Shown in pieces: positions 34,291-42,319 of a stretch of 49,305 nucleotides of DNA; the first letter of the stretch is position 1, and every line of letters starts with the position of its first letter. The position numbers were made by a program, and so were the translations under genes. This DNA comes from Pseudomonadota bacterium (lineage in GTDB: Bacteria; Pseudomonadota; Alphaproteobacteria; Rhodobacterales; Rhodobacteraceae), in the NCBI GenBank assembly GCA_027623875.1, contig JAQBUS010000001.1, positions 1-49,305 of the forward strand, written 5' to 3'. The notes below the pieces were generated by a model, which ran no database searches, had not been told where the DNA came from, and saw nothing but the letters and a program-made list of their open reading frames with translations.

Positions 34291-35264
34291 TGAATTTTTT
34301 CTAACCAATAATTTAATAAGTCCTCTAAGGTTTTATCTATATCATATTCTTCCTTAAATCCAGTAAGCTCAATAAGGTTGGTGGAATCTCCATGTTGATA
34401 ATGAATGTCATGGGGCCTCCAAAACTTTTCATTTATTTTTTGCTCAACATTTTTAAGTCCAGATAGTTCAATAAGCTTATCGGTAAAGAACTGCATTTTT
34501 CTAGGAACATCTCCACAAACATTGAACACGTGATTATTAACCTCGGGGTGGATCATGGCTAAATAATAAGCCCTAACAGTATCCCTTGCGTCCATTACTA
34601 CCCTTATGCTATTTAGGTTTCCTATGGAAAGGGTGGGGTCTTGAAGCCCCTTCATCATTCTAGCTATCTGATAGGCGTCTGACGATATTGAGAAGTTCTT
34701 TCCTCTTCTTGGTCCGGTATGTGAAAAAGCTCTTGTAATGAACCCCTTGACAAAACCGTTCTCCATTCTCTCTTGGAGGTAGAGATCTGTGGCCGCCTTA
34801 GACGCTCCATAGGGGTTCGCTGGAAACATTTTGTCTCCCCAGTGTATCTTTCTTCCATCCATCCCTTCGTTTCCGTACACCTCTGAAGTTGAGCAAAACA
34901 TGAGCTTGCAGTCTGGTTGGTGATCTTGGATTACTTGAATTAAGTTTGCACTTCCTATGATATTGTCATCAAAAGTTCCAAGGGGGTCCGCAAAACTTGA
35001 GGGAGGATGGGATTGGGCAGCTAAATGAAACACCCCGTCGAAAGAATTTTTCTCAAAAATATTCCTAAGCACTCTATAGTTCCCTAAATCGGAATAGTGA
35101 AAATTTATAGAATTATAAACTTCATCAGAAACGACATCTAAAATGTCAGCCTCCATTCCGTTAGTTCTTCTAATAAGGCCGTGGATCTCATGTCCGTTCT
35201 TATGCAGTAAGTTTGCTAGGTGGGGCCCAGCAAAACCCGTGATTCCAGTAATTAAAAATTTCAT
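34287..35264 (-). CDS. GDP-mannose 4,6-dehydratase / GDP-6-deoxyhexose reductase family SDR
   Basis: ITGITGFAGPHL, YGASKAATD and FSHTGPRRGKNF...IGNLNSIRVVMDARD parallel GMD motifs (H-E-S-P-R-R-G, G-N-x-x-x-x-R-D). Confidence 0.7.
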   Translation of the reverse strand: MKFLITGITGFAGPHLANLLHKNGHEIHGLIRRTNGMEADILDVVSDEVYNSINFHYSDLGNYRVLRNIFEKNSFDGVFHLAAQSHPPSSFADPLGTFDDNIIGSANLIQVIQDHQPDCKLMFCSTSEVYGNEGMDGRKIHWGDKMFPANPYGASKAATDLYLQERMENGFVKGFITRAFSHTGPRRGKNFSISSDAYQIARMMKGLQDPTLSIGNLNSIRVVMDARDTVRAYYLAMIHPEVNNHVFNVCGDVPRKMQFFTDKLIELSGLKNVEQKINEKFWRPHDIHYQHGDSTNLIELTGFKEEYDIDKTLEDLLNYWLEKIQ

Positions 35265-36127
35265 AATATTTTTCTTATATAGTGTAAAAAATTATAATCT
35301 GTAAAATATCTAGCTTTAGATTCAAGAATATAATCTTTATACTGTTTATTATCAACTTCAACTATATTTTTTAAAGCATTAATTGCATCTGGAGCTTTTG
35401 GATCAAACAGTATATAAGAGCGCTCGTCGTAAATTTCTTTTATTTTATGACATCCATAGTAAATAGGCACTGTATTATTCAAAAAACAATCAAAGAGTTT
35501 TTCGCTTACGTAATAATCTTCTGAAGAATTTTCTATAGCTATACTATATTCATAATCTTTCAACGCTTCTATCTTATCCTTTACAAAACCTTTGTATCGA
35601 GAATCTGATATGTTCCAGTTTTTTCCATATATATCTATATCTAAATCAGAATCTAATATATTTTTAACAAGCGTTTCTCTCCAGTAATAGTTATGATTGG
35701 AGTCTTGATTGTTCCAGTTGCTGAATATTACGGAGAGTTTTTTTGGTTTGTCAAAATTAAAATCATATTTAAATCTATCACAAGTAACATTAACATCTAT
35801 AGAGTCCTCATAAAACATGAAGATTGGCATGTGTTTTACGCCGTCACCTTGAATGTTTTTGTTTGAAGTGATTGTTAGGAAGCAGTGGTCTTTAATTGAG
35901 TGGTCTACGTTGGGACTCCAGTCAGGCTCCATTGTTAAGCCTATGTTTTTTTCTCTGGGACTACGCTTCATGTCCTCACAACCATTAATAACTATTAAAT
36001 AGTCATAAGAATCATCAGTAACCAGCTCTATATTATATTGTTTTGGGTCTCCCCAGTTAGACTCGACTCTTTTGGCTAAATAATCTAAGTCGCTCCAAAA
36101 ATTACCTACAAACTTTACTCTAACCAT
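35261..36127 (-). CDS. GT10-like (alpha-1,3-fucosyltransferase-type) glycosyltransferase
   Basis: YEYSIAIENSSEDYYVSEKLFDCFLNNTVPIYYG matches the GT10 motif F-E-N-S...D-Y-x-T-E-K...V-P-V-x-x-G. Confidence 0.6.
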   Translation of the reverse strand: MVRVKFVGNFWSDLDYLAKRVESNWGDPKQYNIELVTDDSYDYLIVINGCEDMKRSPREKNIGLTMEPDWSPNVDHSIKDHCFLTITSNKNIQGDGVKHMPIFMFYEDSIDVNVTCDRFKYDFNFDKPKKLSVIFSNWNNQDSNHNYYWRETLVKNILDSDLDIDIYGKNWNISDSRYKGFVKDKIEALKDYEYSIAIENSSEDYYVSEKLFDCFLNNTVPIYYGCHKIKEIYDERSYILFDPKAPDAINALKNIVEVDNKQYKDYILESKARYFTDYNFLHYIRKIL

Positions 36128-37097
36128 TTATGAAAACTTCCTTAAATTTATTCATGGAGTTTTCTGGGGAAAAATGTTCGGAGTATGCGTCCCAGTTTTT
36201 TTCTGGCTGCGGAGTAAAATTTAACATTATGTCTTTCGCTTCTTTTTGATCTCCATAATACAAACCTTTATCTCCAAGCATATTTATATGTGCCCTATCT
36301 CCACTTCCGTTCCACGTTATGATGGGTTTGTTTTTAATTGAAAACTCTGCAACAGACAAACCAAATGATTCCCCCTGACCTCTCGCATGGATCATTCCGT
36401 CACAAGTATTTATAAATTTAGAAATCCATTCTTTATCCATTGTCGCTGGAAAGTGTTTTACTCTTGAGTGCTCTTCCATGAATTCATATGTATATAAAAA
36501 AAGGAAGTATATGTCGTCTCTTTCATTTAAAACCTGTTTAATTGCATTATGCACAAACTCTAAATCAAATGTTTCAGGCCCACCAGTCCTACCAAGTACT
36601 ACTGCGTCAGGAGGGATTCCTAATTCTTCTCTAAGGTTTTCGCTTACATCTGGTAGGGTGACTATATATGGAACGAAGGGATGCTTGCCTCCGTCCATCG
36701 TCTTGCTCAACCATTCTGATATATAAGCATAAACATCTCCATGTGGATCGCAAATTTGAAAAACACTATGGACGCAAGTTTTTATGTCTTTGGAAAATAA
36801 ACCATCATTGCCCCCAGCTTTTTGCATATAAAGCATGTCGATTTCCTCCCCCTTAAGAAAGGCTTCTGCTTCTGCCCAGCTATTGTAGCGGTAAACTGGG
36901 AAGCGGCTGCCAAAATATTCTTGAGCTAGTGGATGCTCATAGAGAGTTCCCCTGTGGTCCCCTTTGCCAGTATTAAGCGGCCCCGCCAAAATATAGGATT
37001 TATTATTTAGGAGTTTCTCGTTGAAGTGAGCGTATTTGAAAGTTGCTCCTTCCGAACCTCTAACATTTAATTCGTTTACGTGAAAAGCTATTTTCAT
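36120..37097 (-). CDS. GT-B fold (GT4-like) glycosyltransferase
   Basis: ARGQGESFGLSVAEFSIKNKPIITW fits the E-x7-E motif region. Confidence 0.5.
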   Translation of the reverse strand: MKIAFHVNELNVRGSEGATFKYAHFNEKLLNNKSYILAGPLNTGKGDHRGTLYEHPLAQEYFGSRFPVYRYNSWAEAEAFLKGEEIDMLYMQKAGGNDGLFSKDIKTCVHSVFQICDPHGDVYAYISEWLSKTMDGGKHPFVPYIVTLPDVSENLREELGIPPDAVVLGRTGGPETFDLEFVHNAIKQVLNERDDIYFLFLYTYEFMEEHSRVKHFPATMDKEWISKFINTCDGMIHARGQGESFGLSVAEFSIKNKPIITWNGSGDRAHINMLGDKGLYYGDQKEAKDIMLNFTPQPEKNWDAYSEHFSPENSMNKFKEVFING

Positions 37098-39610
37098 GAT
37101 ATAGGGTCATCAAAATGATGGTTGCCATCTCCACAATGTTGAATGTTTGATCCAAATACCTCCCTAGAACCTTGCGTTCCCGGCATGTCGAGGTAATAAT
37201 AAATGTTCAATTCGTTTTTTTGATCTCCAATAAAATTATCAAGGGGTCCACTAACTCCCTTGCTTCTAACTATCTCCATCATCTTATTAGCCCCCTTAAG
37301 GTTTAATGCGTAAGCCCAGTTACCTATAAACCAAGTAGCTGTAAATTTTCCAAAATGGTCATTGACGCTATCTCCACCAGAGTGCGCGGCAATTTGAACT
37401 AAGTCCCAATCCTCAGGGAGTTGACTCCAAGATTTAGAAATTCTCTCAACGGCATCATCATTAAAGACTACATCATCCTCAAGGATTAAAGTTGTTTCTA
37501 TATTCTCTTCGACGATTTTTTTCCAAATTGCAATATTACTTAGTATGACCCCGTATTCACTATTACTAAGAGTTAAAGTGTCTCCAATGTCCGGCCTAGT
37601 GTAAGTAGGTTTAATGGCTGGAACAAATTCCATGAGTTCAGGACGGATTGTAGACGCAGAGAACCTATCCACGTCAATACTTTTAGCAACACAGGAACCT
37701 TTGACGCTTTCCCACCTATCGGGCCTTTTGTCAAGATTTATACAATAAGCTTTATTGAACGGAAGTTCGTTGCTGTCTTTGACCTTTTTTTTATATACCC
37801 AACTATTGTCTTGGAAAATATCTATAGGCTCTGACTTGAAGAATCTTCTTATAGCTTCCGTTTGGGAACGCCCGGTTCCTCCGAGCTCTCCGAAGCCCCA
37901 GTCATGACCGCACATATAACCATCGCATTTTAGTTTGGGGTTGTAAAGGTTTAAATATCTTTCGTTAGCTTCATAAGTATGTTCTCCATCCAAGTAAACT
38001 AAATCGACGGAATCGTCAGGAATTAACTCAAAGGCTCTTTCCGCAGTCATTTTCAACTTTACAACCTTATCCCCAAACCTGCCAACCCTGTCATCAAAAG
38101 ACTTCTCAACAAACTCCATTGGAGCTTTGTAAGAACTTTCATCCGAAGAATCATAATCGTTTTCCCAAGGATCTATACAGTATATTTTATCTACATTTCC
38201 AGTTTGCAGAAATATCTCTGTAGATTCACCCATATAGCAACCTATTTCAATAATTGTTGAATTTGGTTTGATGTATTTTTCGCTTAATTCCCTTAGTCCA
38301 TCTATGAGGAAACCATGAGTGCTCTTAGGCCTTTGTAGAATTTTATCTAAGTTTACTTCTCCATTCTCATCTAAGACGAAATCTGCAAAACCTTCCTTTG
38401 AATCAGGGGGATTAACTTTTTGACCAGTATCTTCTATAGCTTCAGCTGGAAGTAGATTGGATTTATATCTATTTAGGACTTCTAGTTCTTGAGCTTTTAA
38501 TTGAGTATTACCTCCAGTGCCTTCAGGGATGCAGAACTTAATGCTTTTGTATTCGACTGGTAAATTTGCCTGTATGTAGCATTTGTCTATTAAATCACTT
38601 ACATTATGAATCTGCCTTCCGTAGTTGCCTAGCGCAAGAAGGCTCGTTTTACTCAAGTCGTAATCTTTGGCGTAGGAATCCACTCCATCTTCATCGCCAA
38701 CTAAAATCTTAAATTCTAAATTATCCAAATCAGAAAGGCAATACTTAATTAGATTCAAATTTGACTCTCTAACCGCAAAAATTATCTTCTTGCCTGTCTC
38801 GTGGAGATGGCGAATCATTCCGTTAAGCGGCATTTGATCGTCGATAGAAAGGTGCGACTGAATGAATATTTCGTCTTTATCCAAGAAGTTATCATCAACT
38901 AATACCTCAGAAGCAAAAACTCTGTCCCCAACAAAACCTCCATACTTAAGGGGCTCGTGAGGCGGAAAATCATTCTCTTGACCGTGCTCCATATAGTCAT
39001 CAGAGAAACAGTTGTACATAATCTCACTTAGGAAGTTTTGGTCGTCAAAATACGTTGCCCTACCAGAACCCCAGCCACCTTCAAGGTTGTCTTGATCTAT
39101 TGAAGCGTAGTTTTTACTTTTAAAGAAGGAAATTAATTCTTCAGTAAAATCAAACTTATCCGTCTTTTTAATGCCCCACATGCCAGCCATGATTTTATGA
39201 AAATGACCTTGTGAGCAATCATGCATGAAGTGTAAGGTTTTGTCTGAGTTTATCCATTCATCAACAGCAACTTTCTCGCGAGAGTTCACAACCGAGTCGG
39301 AATCTCTTTGTATGCAAACATCAACATTAGGGTCATCGCAAGCTAAGATGCGCCAATATATTGGAGGAGAGGGGAGGTCTGGCACGATAACTTCACAATC
39401 CAACTCTTTAAGCTTCTCTAGATTAGGAACATCTTTTGTACAGTAAAATCGACATATCCATCCCGGATAGATCTCCTTAGCTTCTTTAATGTTTAATTCT
39501 GCCCCAAGATAATACAAGGGCTTTTCGCCATAAATCGAAAAACTAATGATCTTTTTATTAGATCCATCTTTTAGCTTTTCGTAAAAAACTGGAAAAGGGC
39601 TACTACTCAT
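37094..39610 (-). CDS. three-domain enzyme: DxD glycosyltransferase-like module + class I SAM methyltransferase + GT25 glycosyltransferase
   Basis: 838 aa. N-terminal module is a paralog of ORF 29874..30719. Middle domain has IIEIGCYMGESTEIF...VYLDGEHTYEANERYL. C-terminal domain has FNKAYCINLDKRPDRWESV...SNSEYGVILSNIAIWKKIV...LILEDDVVF (GT25 pattern). Confidence 0.6.
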   Translation of the reverse strand: MSSSPFPVFYEKLKDGSNKKIISFSIYGEKPLYYLGAELNIKEAKEIYPGWICRFYCTKDVPNLEKLKELDCEVIVPDLPSPPIYWRILACDDPNVDVCIQRDSDSVVNSREKVAVDEWINSDKTLHFMHDCSQGHFHKIMAGMWGIKKTDKFDFTEELISFFKSKNYASIDQDNLEGGWGSGRATYFDDQNFLSEIMYNCFSDDYMEHGQENDFPPHEPLKYGGFVGDRVFASEVLVDDNFLDKDEIFIQSHLSIDDQMPLNGMIRHLHETGKKIIFAVRESNLNLIKYCLSDLDNLEFKILVGDEDGVDSYAKDYDLSKTSLLALGNYGRQIHNVSDLIDKCYIQANLPVEYKSIKFCIPEGTGGNTQLKAQELEVLNRYKSNLLPAEAIEDTGQKVNPPDSKEGFADFVLDENGEVNLDKILQRPKSTHGFLIDGLRELSEKYIKPNSTIIEIGCYMGESTEIFLQTGNVDKIYCIDPWENDYDSSDESSYKAPMEFVEKSFDDRVGRFGDKVVKLKMTAERAFELIPDDSVDLVYLDGEHTYEANERYLNLYNPKLKCDGYMCGHDWGFGELGGTGRSQTEAIRRFFKSEPIDIFQDNSWVYKKKVKDSNELPFNKAYCINLDKRPDRWESVKGSCVAKSIDVDRFSASTIRPELMEFVPAIKPTYTRPDIGDTLTLSNSEYGVILSNIAIWKKIVEENIETTLILEDDVVFNDDAVERISKSWSQLPEDWDLVQIAAHSGGDSVNDHFGKFTATWFIGNWAYALNLKGANKMMEIVRSKGVSGPLDNFIGDQKNELNIYYYLDMPGTQGSREVFGSNIQHCGDGNHHFDDPIS

Positions 39611-40733
39611 CGCTGAAAACTATATCCGTACATTGATCTTCTCCGGCAACGCAAAGCCAGTGAGGATGATTGCCTTCCTCAAAGTCAAAATCAGCCTCCT
39701 GTTTGAAGGTTTCTTCCCTTGCGTATAAGACTCTCTTGTCTAATCTAGGAGCAAAGATTTTAGGAGGAGTTTCCCTTCCTTTTGCCAAGTTGCAAGCCCA
39801 CCAGCTGAAAGATGAGTTAGCCCTAAAAATACTTCTGGCGAAATATAACCTAAGAAAGTCCGGGAGCCAATCAAATATAATATCGGGAACAACTTCCGAA
39901 CCTACTGGATAGTGCCATCCACCCCTTTTGTATTGATGCTTTTCTTTAATCCAATTTCCAGTTCTATCGTCAGTAGTCCATTCAATTTCCTTCGAATCAT
40001 AACCGTACTTTTCAAAAGCCTTTAAGTATGAGCTTTCAGCTACCACAGAATAACCTCCGTTATCTTTATAGTTTACGTCTGAAATGTCGTCTCTCCTTAG
40101 GTGAGCTATATCGTAAGTGCCCTGCTTGTCCTCCAGTCTTTTATAGACGTCTAGATTTTTAACCTCATCTTTAAATTCATACAAACTATGAACATCTGAG
40201 ATTTTCATTTTTTCAAATATACTAGTGTGGTAAGCACTGACACTATCTATGCAGACGTCTTGACCAAAGTCGGTGTAGTTTTCATTTGGATTATCTGCAT
40301 TTACATACTTGAAGTCAAAGTCACTTCTAGAGCTAAACTCATTAATTTTAGTCATTCTATAGTCTATTTCATCAAATGGTTTTGTGGACTGATTAATGTG
40401 TAATCTTAATTCGTCGTCATAAATTACCTTATGATTCAAGTTGAATAATTGGTCCCCCTCCCACTCCGAAGGGAGATACAGAGTTCCATTAAACATCTTA
40501 GCTCTCTCGTGTGCGTAAGCATATGTATGCATGCGATTTCCAAATCTTCCGTTCCAGTGCATTATTAATACATCTTGACCATTTTTGCCTCGGTTTTTAC
40601 CCTTAGACTTAAATGGAGGAATCTCTTCTGGAATGTCGGAAAAGTCAGCCTCGACAATTTCGTTCACTATCTCCTTGCTGGATTTAATGGATTGCCTAGG
40701 GCTTTTTTTACTCTTTCTTGATTTGGCAGTCAT
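39603..40733 (-). CDS. GT11/POFUT-superfamily fucosyltransferase-like protein
   Basis: WNGRFGNRMHTYAYAHERAK resembles the G-G-L-G-N-Q-x-F-x-Y-A motif, and YDIAHLRRDDI resembles H-V-R-R-G-D-Y. Basic N-terminal tail. 1-nt gap after the recA-like gene. Confidence 0.45.
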   Translation of the reverse strand: MTAKSRKSKKSPRQSIKSSKEIVNEIVEADFSDIPEEIPPFKSKGKNRGKNGQDVLIMHWNGRFGNRMHTYAYAHERAKMFNGTLYLPSEWEGDQLFNLNHKVIYDDELRLHINQSTKPFDEIDYRMTKINEFSSRSDFDFKYVNADNPNENYTDFGQDVCIDSVSAYHTSIFEKMKISDVHSLYEFKDEVKNLDVYKRLEDKQGTYDIAHLRRDDISDVNYKDNGGYSVVAESSYLKAFEKYGYDSKEIEWTTDDRTGNWIKEKHQYKRGGWHYPVGSEVVPDIIFDWLPDFLRLYFARSIFRANSSFSWWACNLAKGRETPPKIFAPRLDKRVLYAREETFKQEADFDFEEGNHPHWLCVAGEDQCTDIVFSDE

Positions 40734-40734
40734 G

Positions 40735-41841
40735 CTAATTTAATTTTATAATTTCTTCTTTTACATAATTATAAAGAAAGTCTTTCATTTTTCTATTACC
40801 TTCTAAGAAATCCAATAGTTTTTGCTCTCCTTGGAATTTATCTGGGCATTCTATGCCTTTCTTGGATAGCTTGTTTATCATTTCTTCGTCAATAGATAGC
40901 CAAGGGCCTTTCTGTTCGATGTAACCCCAGGCCTTCATTAAGTCTATTATCTCTCTTTCTACCCAAACGGACTCTCCGTTTTTTCTACCATACTTAATTG
41001 GATATCTTACTTGAGCGCCAGTTTTTTCATTAACGCTTTTGCGGAAACGAATTTTGCAATAATGACCTATTGGGTCGCCCTTGTCATCTATTCTGGTTGC
41101 CGAGGGATTCGTGAACATTATATCTCCAGTGTACCTCTCCTCGAATTCGCATATGAAATTTGCGTAATGCTTTACTGCATTTCCACCCGCCTGCTTTACT
41201 TTTGGGCCACCTCTTGAGGCGTAAGGATTTGTAGCAACCTCAATTCTTACTTGAGAGGTCAATATGAGCATGTGTCCCATTTTCGTCAAGGGGAGAATCA
41301 CCTTCTTTAAGAAAACAGATGTTATTAGGGCTCCGCCAGCTACTTGCTCGCTCTCTTCGAACGGTTTATTGAAATCGTTTACCCTGCATAATGCATCCAT
41401 GCTGTCAATAATAAATAAATACTTTTTCTTTTCAGAGTTATTGTGTATTAATTCTCTAATAAGTTCAAAAACTTTTTCGTATACATTACAGTCGAACTTG
41501 AAAAAACTTTCTGGATCGGTATTTACACCACACCTGTTTAAGAGCTCAGGAGATAGCCTACCTTCGCTTTTGACGTATACAACCATCCCTCCCCCCTTAA
41601 AGTGGTCTTGGAAGTGTTTTGCCACCGTTAAGGCGCAGCTAGTCTTCCCTCCCTCATTTACACCGGTAAATCTATGAGCCCCGGGAGTGAACCCTCCATT
41701 TAGGGCCAAGTCTAAATTCAAACTGCCAGTCGGTATCTTGTAATGAAAATCCTCATGATTGTTATAATGATATTTTACATTATCCTTGTCGTTAAGGAAT
41801 TTTTCTATTTGCTGTTTAGATGCAGAAGGTTCTTTAGCCAT
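40735..41841 (-). CDS. recA: RecA/UvsX-family recombinase
   Basis: GSLNLDLALNGGFTPGAHRFTGVNEGGKTS (Walker A) and LFIIDSMDAL (Walker B). The ATG at 41841 lies 6 nt after a -10 box; the track start at 41859 is a TTG inside the promoter spacer. Confidence 0.7.
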   Translation of the reverse strand: MAKEPSASKQQIEKFLNDKDNVKYHYNNHEDFHYKIPTGSLNLDLALNGGFTPGAHRFTGVNEGGKTSCALTVAKHFQDHFKGGGMVVYVKSEGRLSPELLNRCGVNTDPESFFKFDCNVYEKVFELIRELIHNNSEKKKYLFIIDSMDALCRVNDFNKPFEESEQVAGGALITSVFLKKVILPLTKMGHMLILTSQVRIEVATNPYASRGGPKVKQAGGNAVKHYANFICEFEERYTGDIMFTNPSATRIDDKGDPIGHYCKIRFRKSVNEKTGAQVRYPIKYGRKNGESVWVEREIIDLMKAWGYIEQKGPWLSIDEEMINKLSKKGIECPDKFQGEQKLLDFLEGNRKMKDFLYNYVKEEIIKLN

Positions 41842-41847
41842 ACAAGT

Positions 41848-41876
41848 ATCATAAACCAAGACGACATAGAAGTCAA
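41848..41876 (-). promoter_or_regulatory. sigma70-type promoter TTGACT-17nt-TATGAT
   Basis: Minus strand reads gagTTGACTtctatgtcgtcttggttTATGATacttgtATG. The TGA of the -35 box is the stop codon of ORF 41873..42283. Confidence 0.65.
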
Positions 41877-42283
41877 CTCAAAAAATCTCTTATTGATCTC
41901 TTTTTTATTTTTTGGGTGTTTTTTTCAACAACGTCGTTCTTTGGCTTAAATGTTTTGAGCTTTTTAGGCTTCCAGTGAAATTCTTTCCACTTCTTATCTA
42001 GGGAATTAATCCAATAGTCGCTATCTTTATTAAAGAACAGAGCAAAAGTTGGAAGCTTTCCAGTCTTTGAAAGTTTTTTTCCGTAATTTCCATACGCCTC
42101 ATTAAAGGAAACTTTATGCCAGAAGTTATAATCTGGAAATCTTTTGTAAAGCTTTGTGAAGAATTTATTCTCCCTACTCCAGAAGCTTCTAGCTTCTTTT
42201 GTCGAATTGTCAGAGGGAAAGACTAGTAATCTTTCTATGACCAATTGGAAATCTGACTTTTTTCTGGGACTCTTGGAAGGCAT
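41873..42283 (-). CDS. basic hypothetical protein (136 aa)
   Basis: ORF whose ATG lies 7 nt after a -10 box. Confidence 0.45.
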   Translation of the reverse strand: MPSKSPRKKSDFQLVIERLLVFPSDNSTKEARSFWSRENKFFTKLYKRFPDYNFWHKVSFNEAYGNYGKKLSKTGKLPTFALFFNKDSDYWINSLDKKWKEFHWKPKKLKTFKPKNDVVEKNTQKIKKRSIRDFLS

Positions 42284-42290
42284 GTTAGTA

Positions 42291-42319
42291 ATTCTAACAT
42301 ATTAATTTAAAAATGTCAA
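42291..42319 (-). promoter_or_regulatory. sigma70-type promoter TTGACA-17nt-TAGAAT
   Basis: Minus strand reads ataTTGACAtttttaaattaatatgtTAGAATtactaacATG. The TGA of the -35 box is the stop codon of the 1699-aa ORF. Confidence 0.65.
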
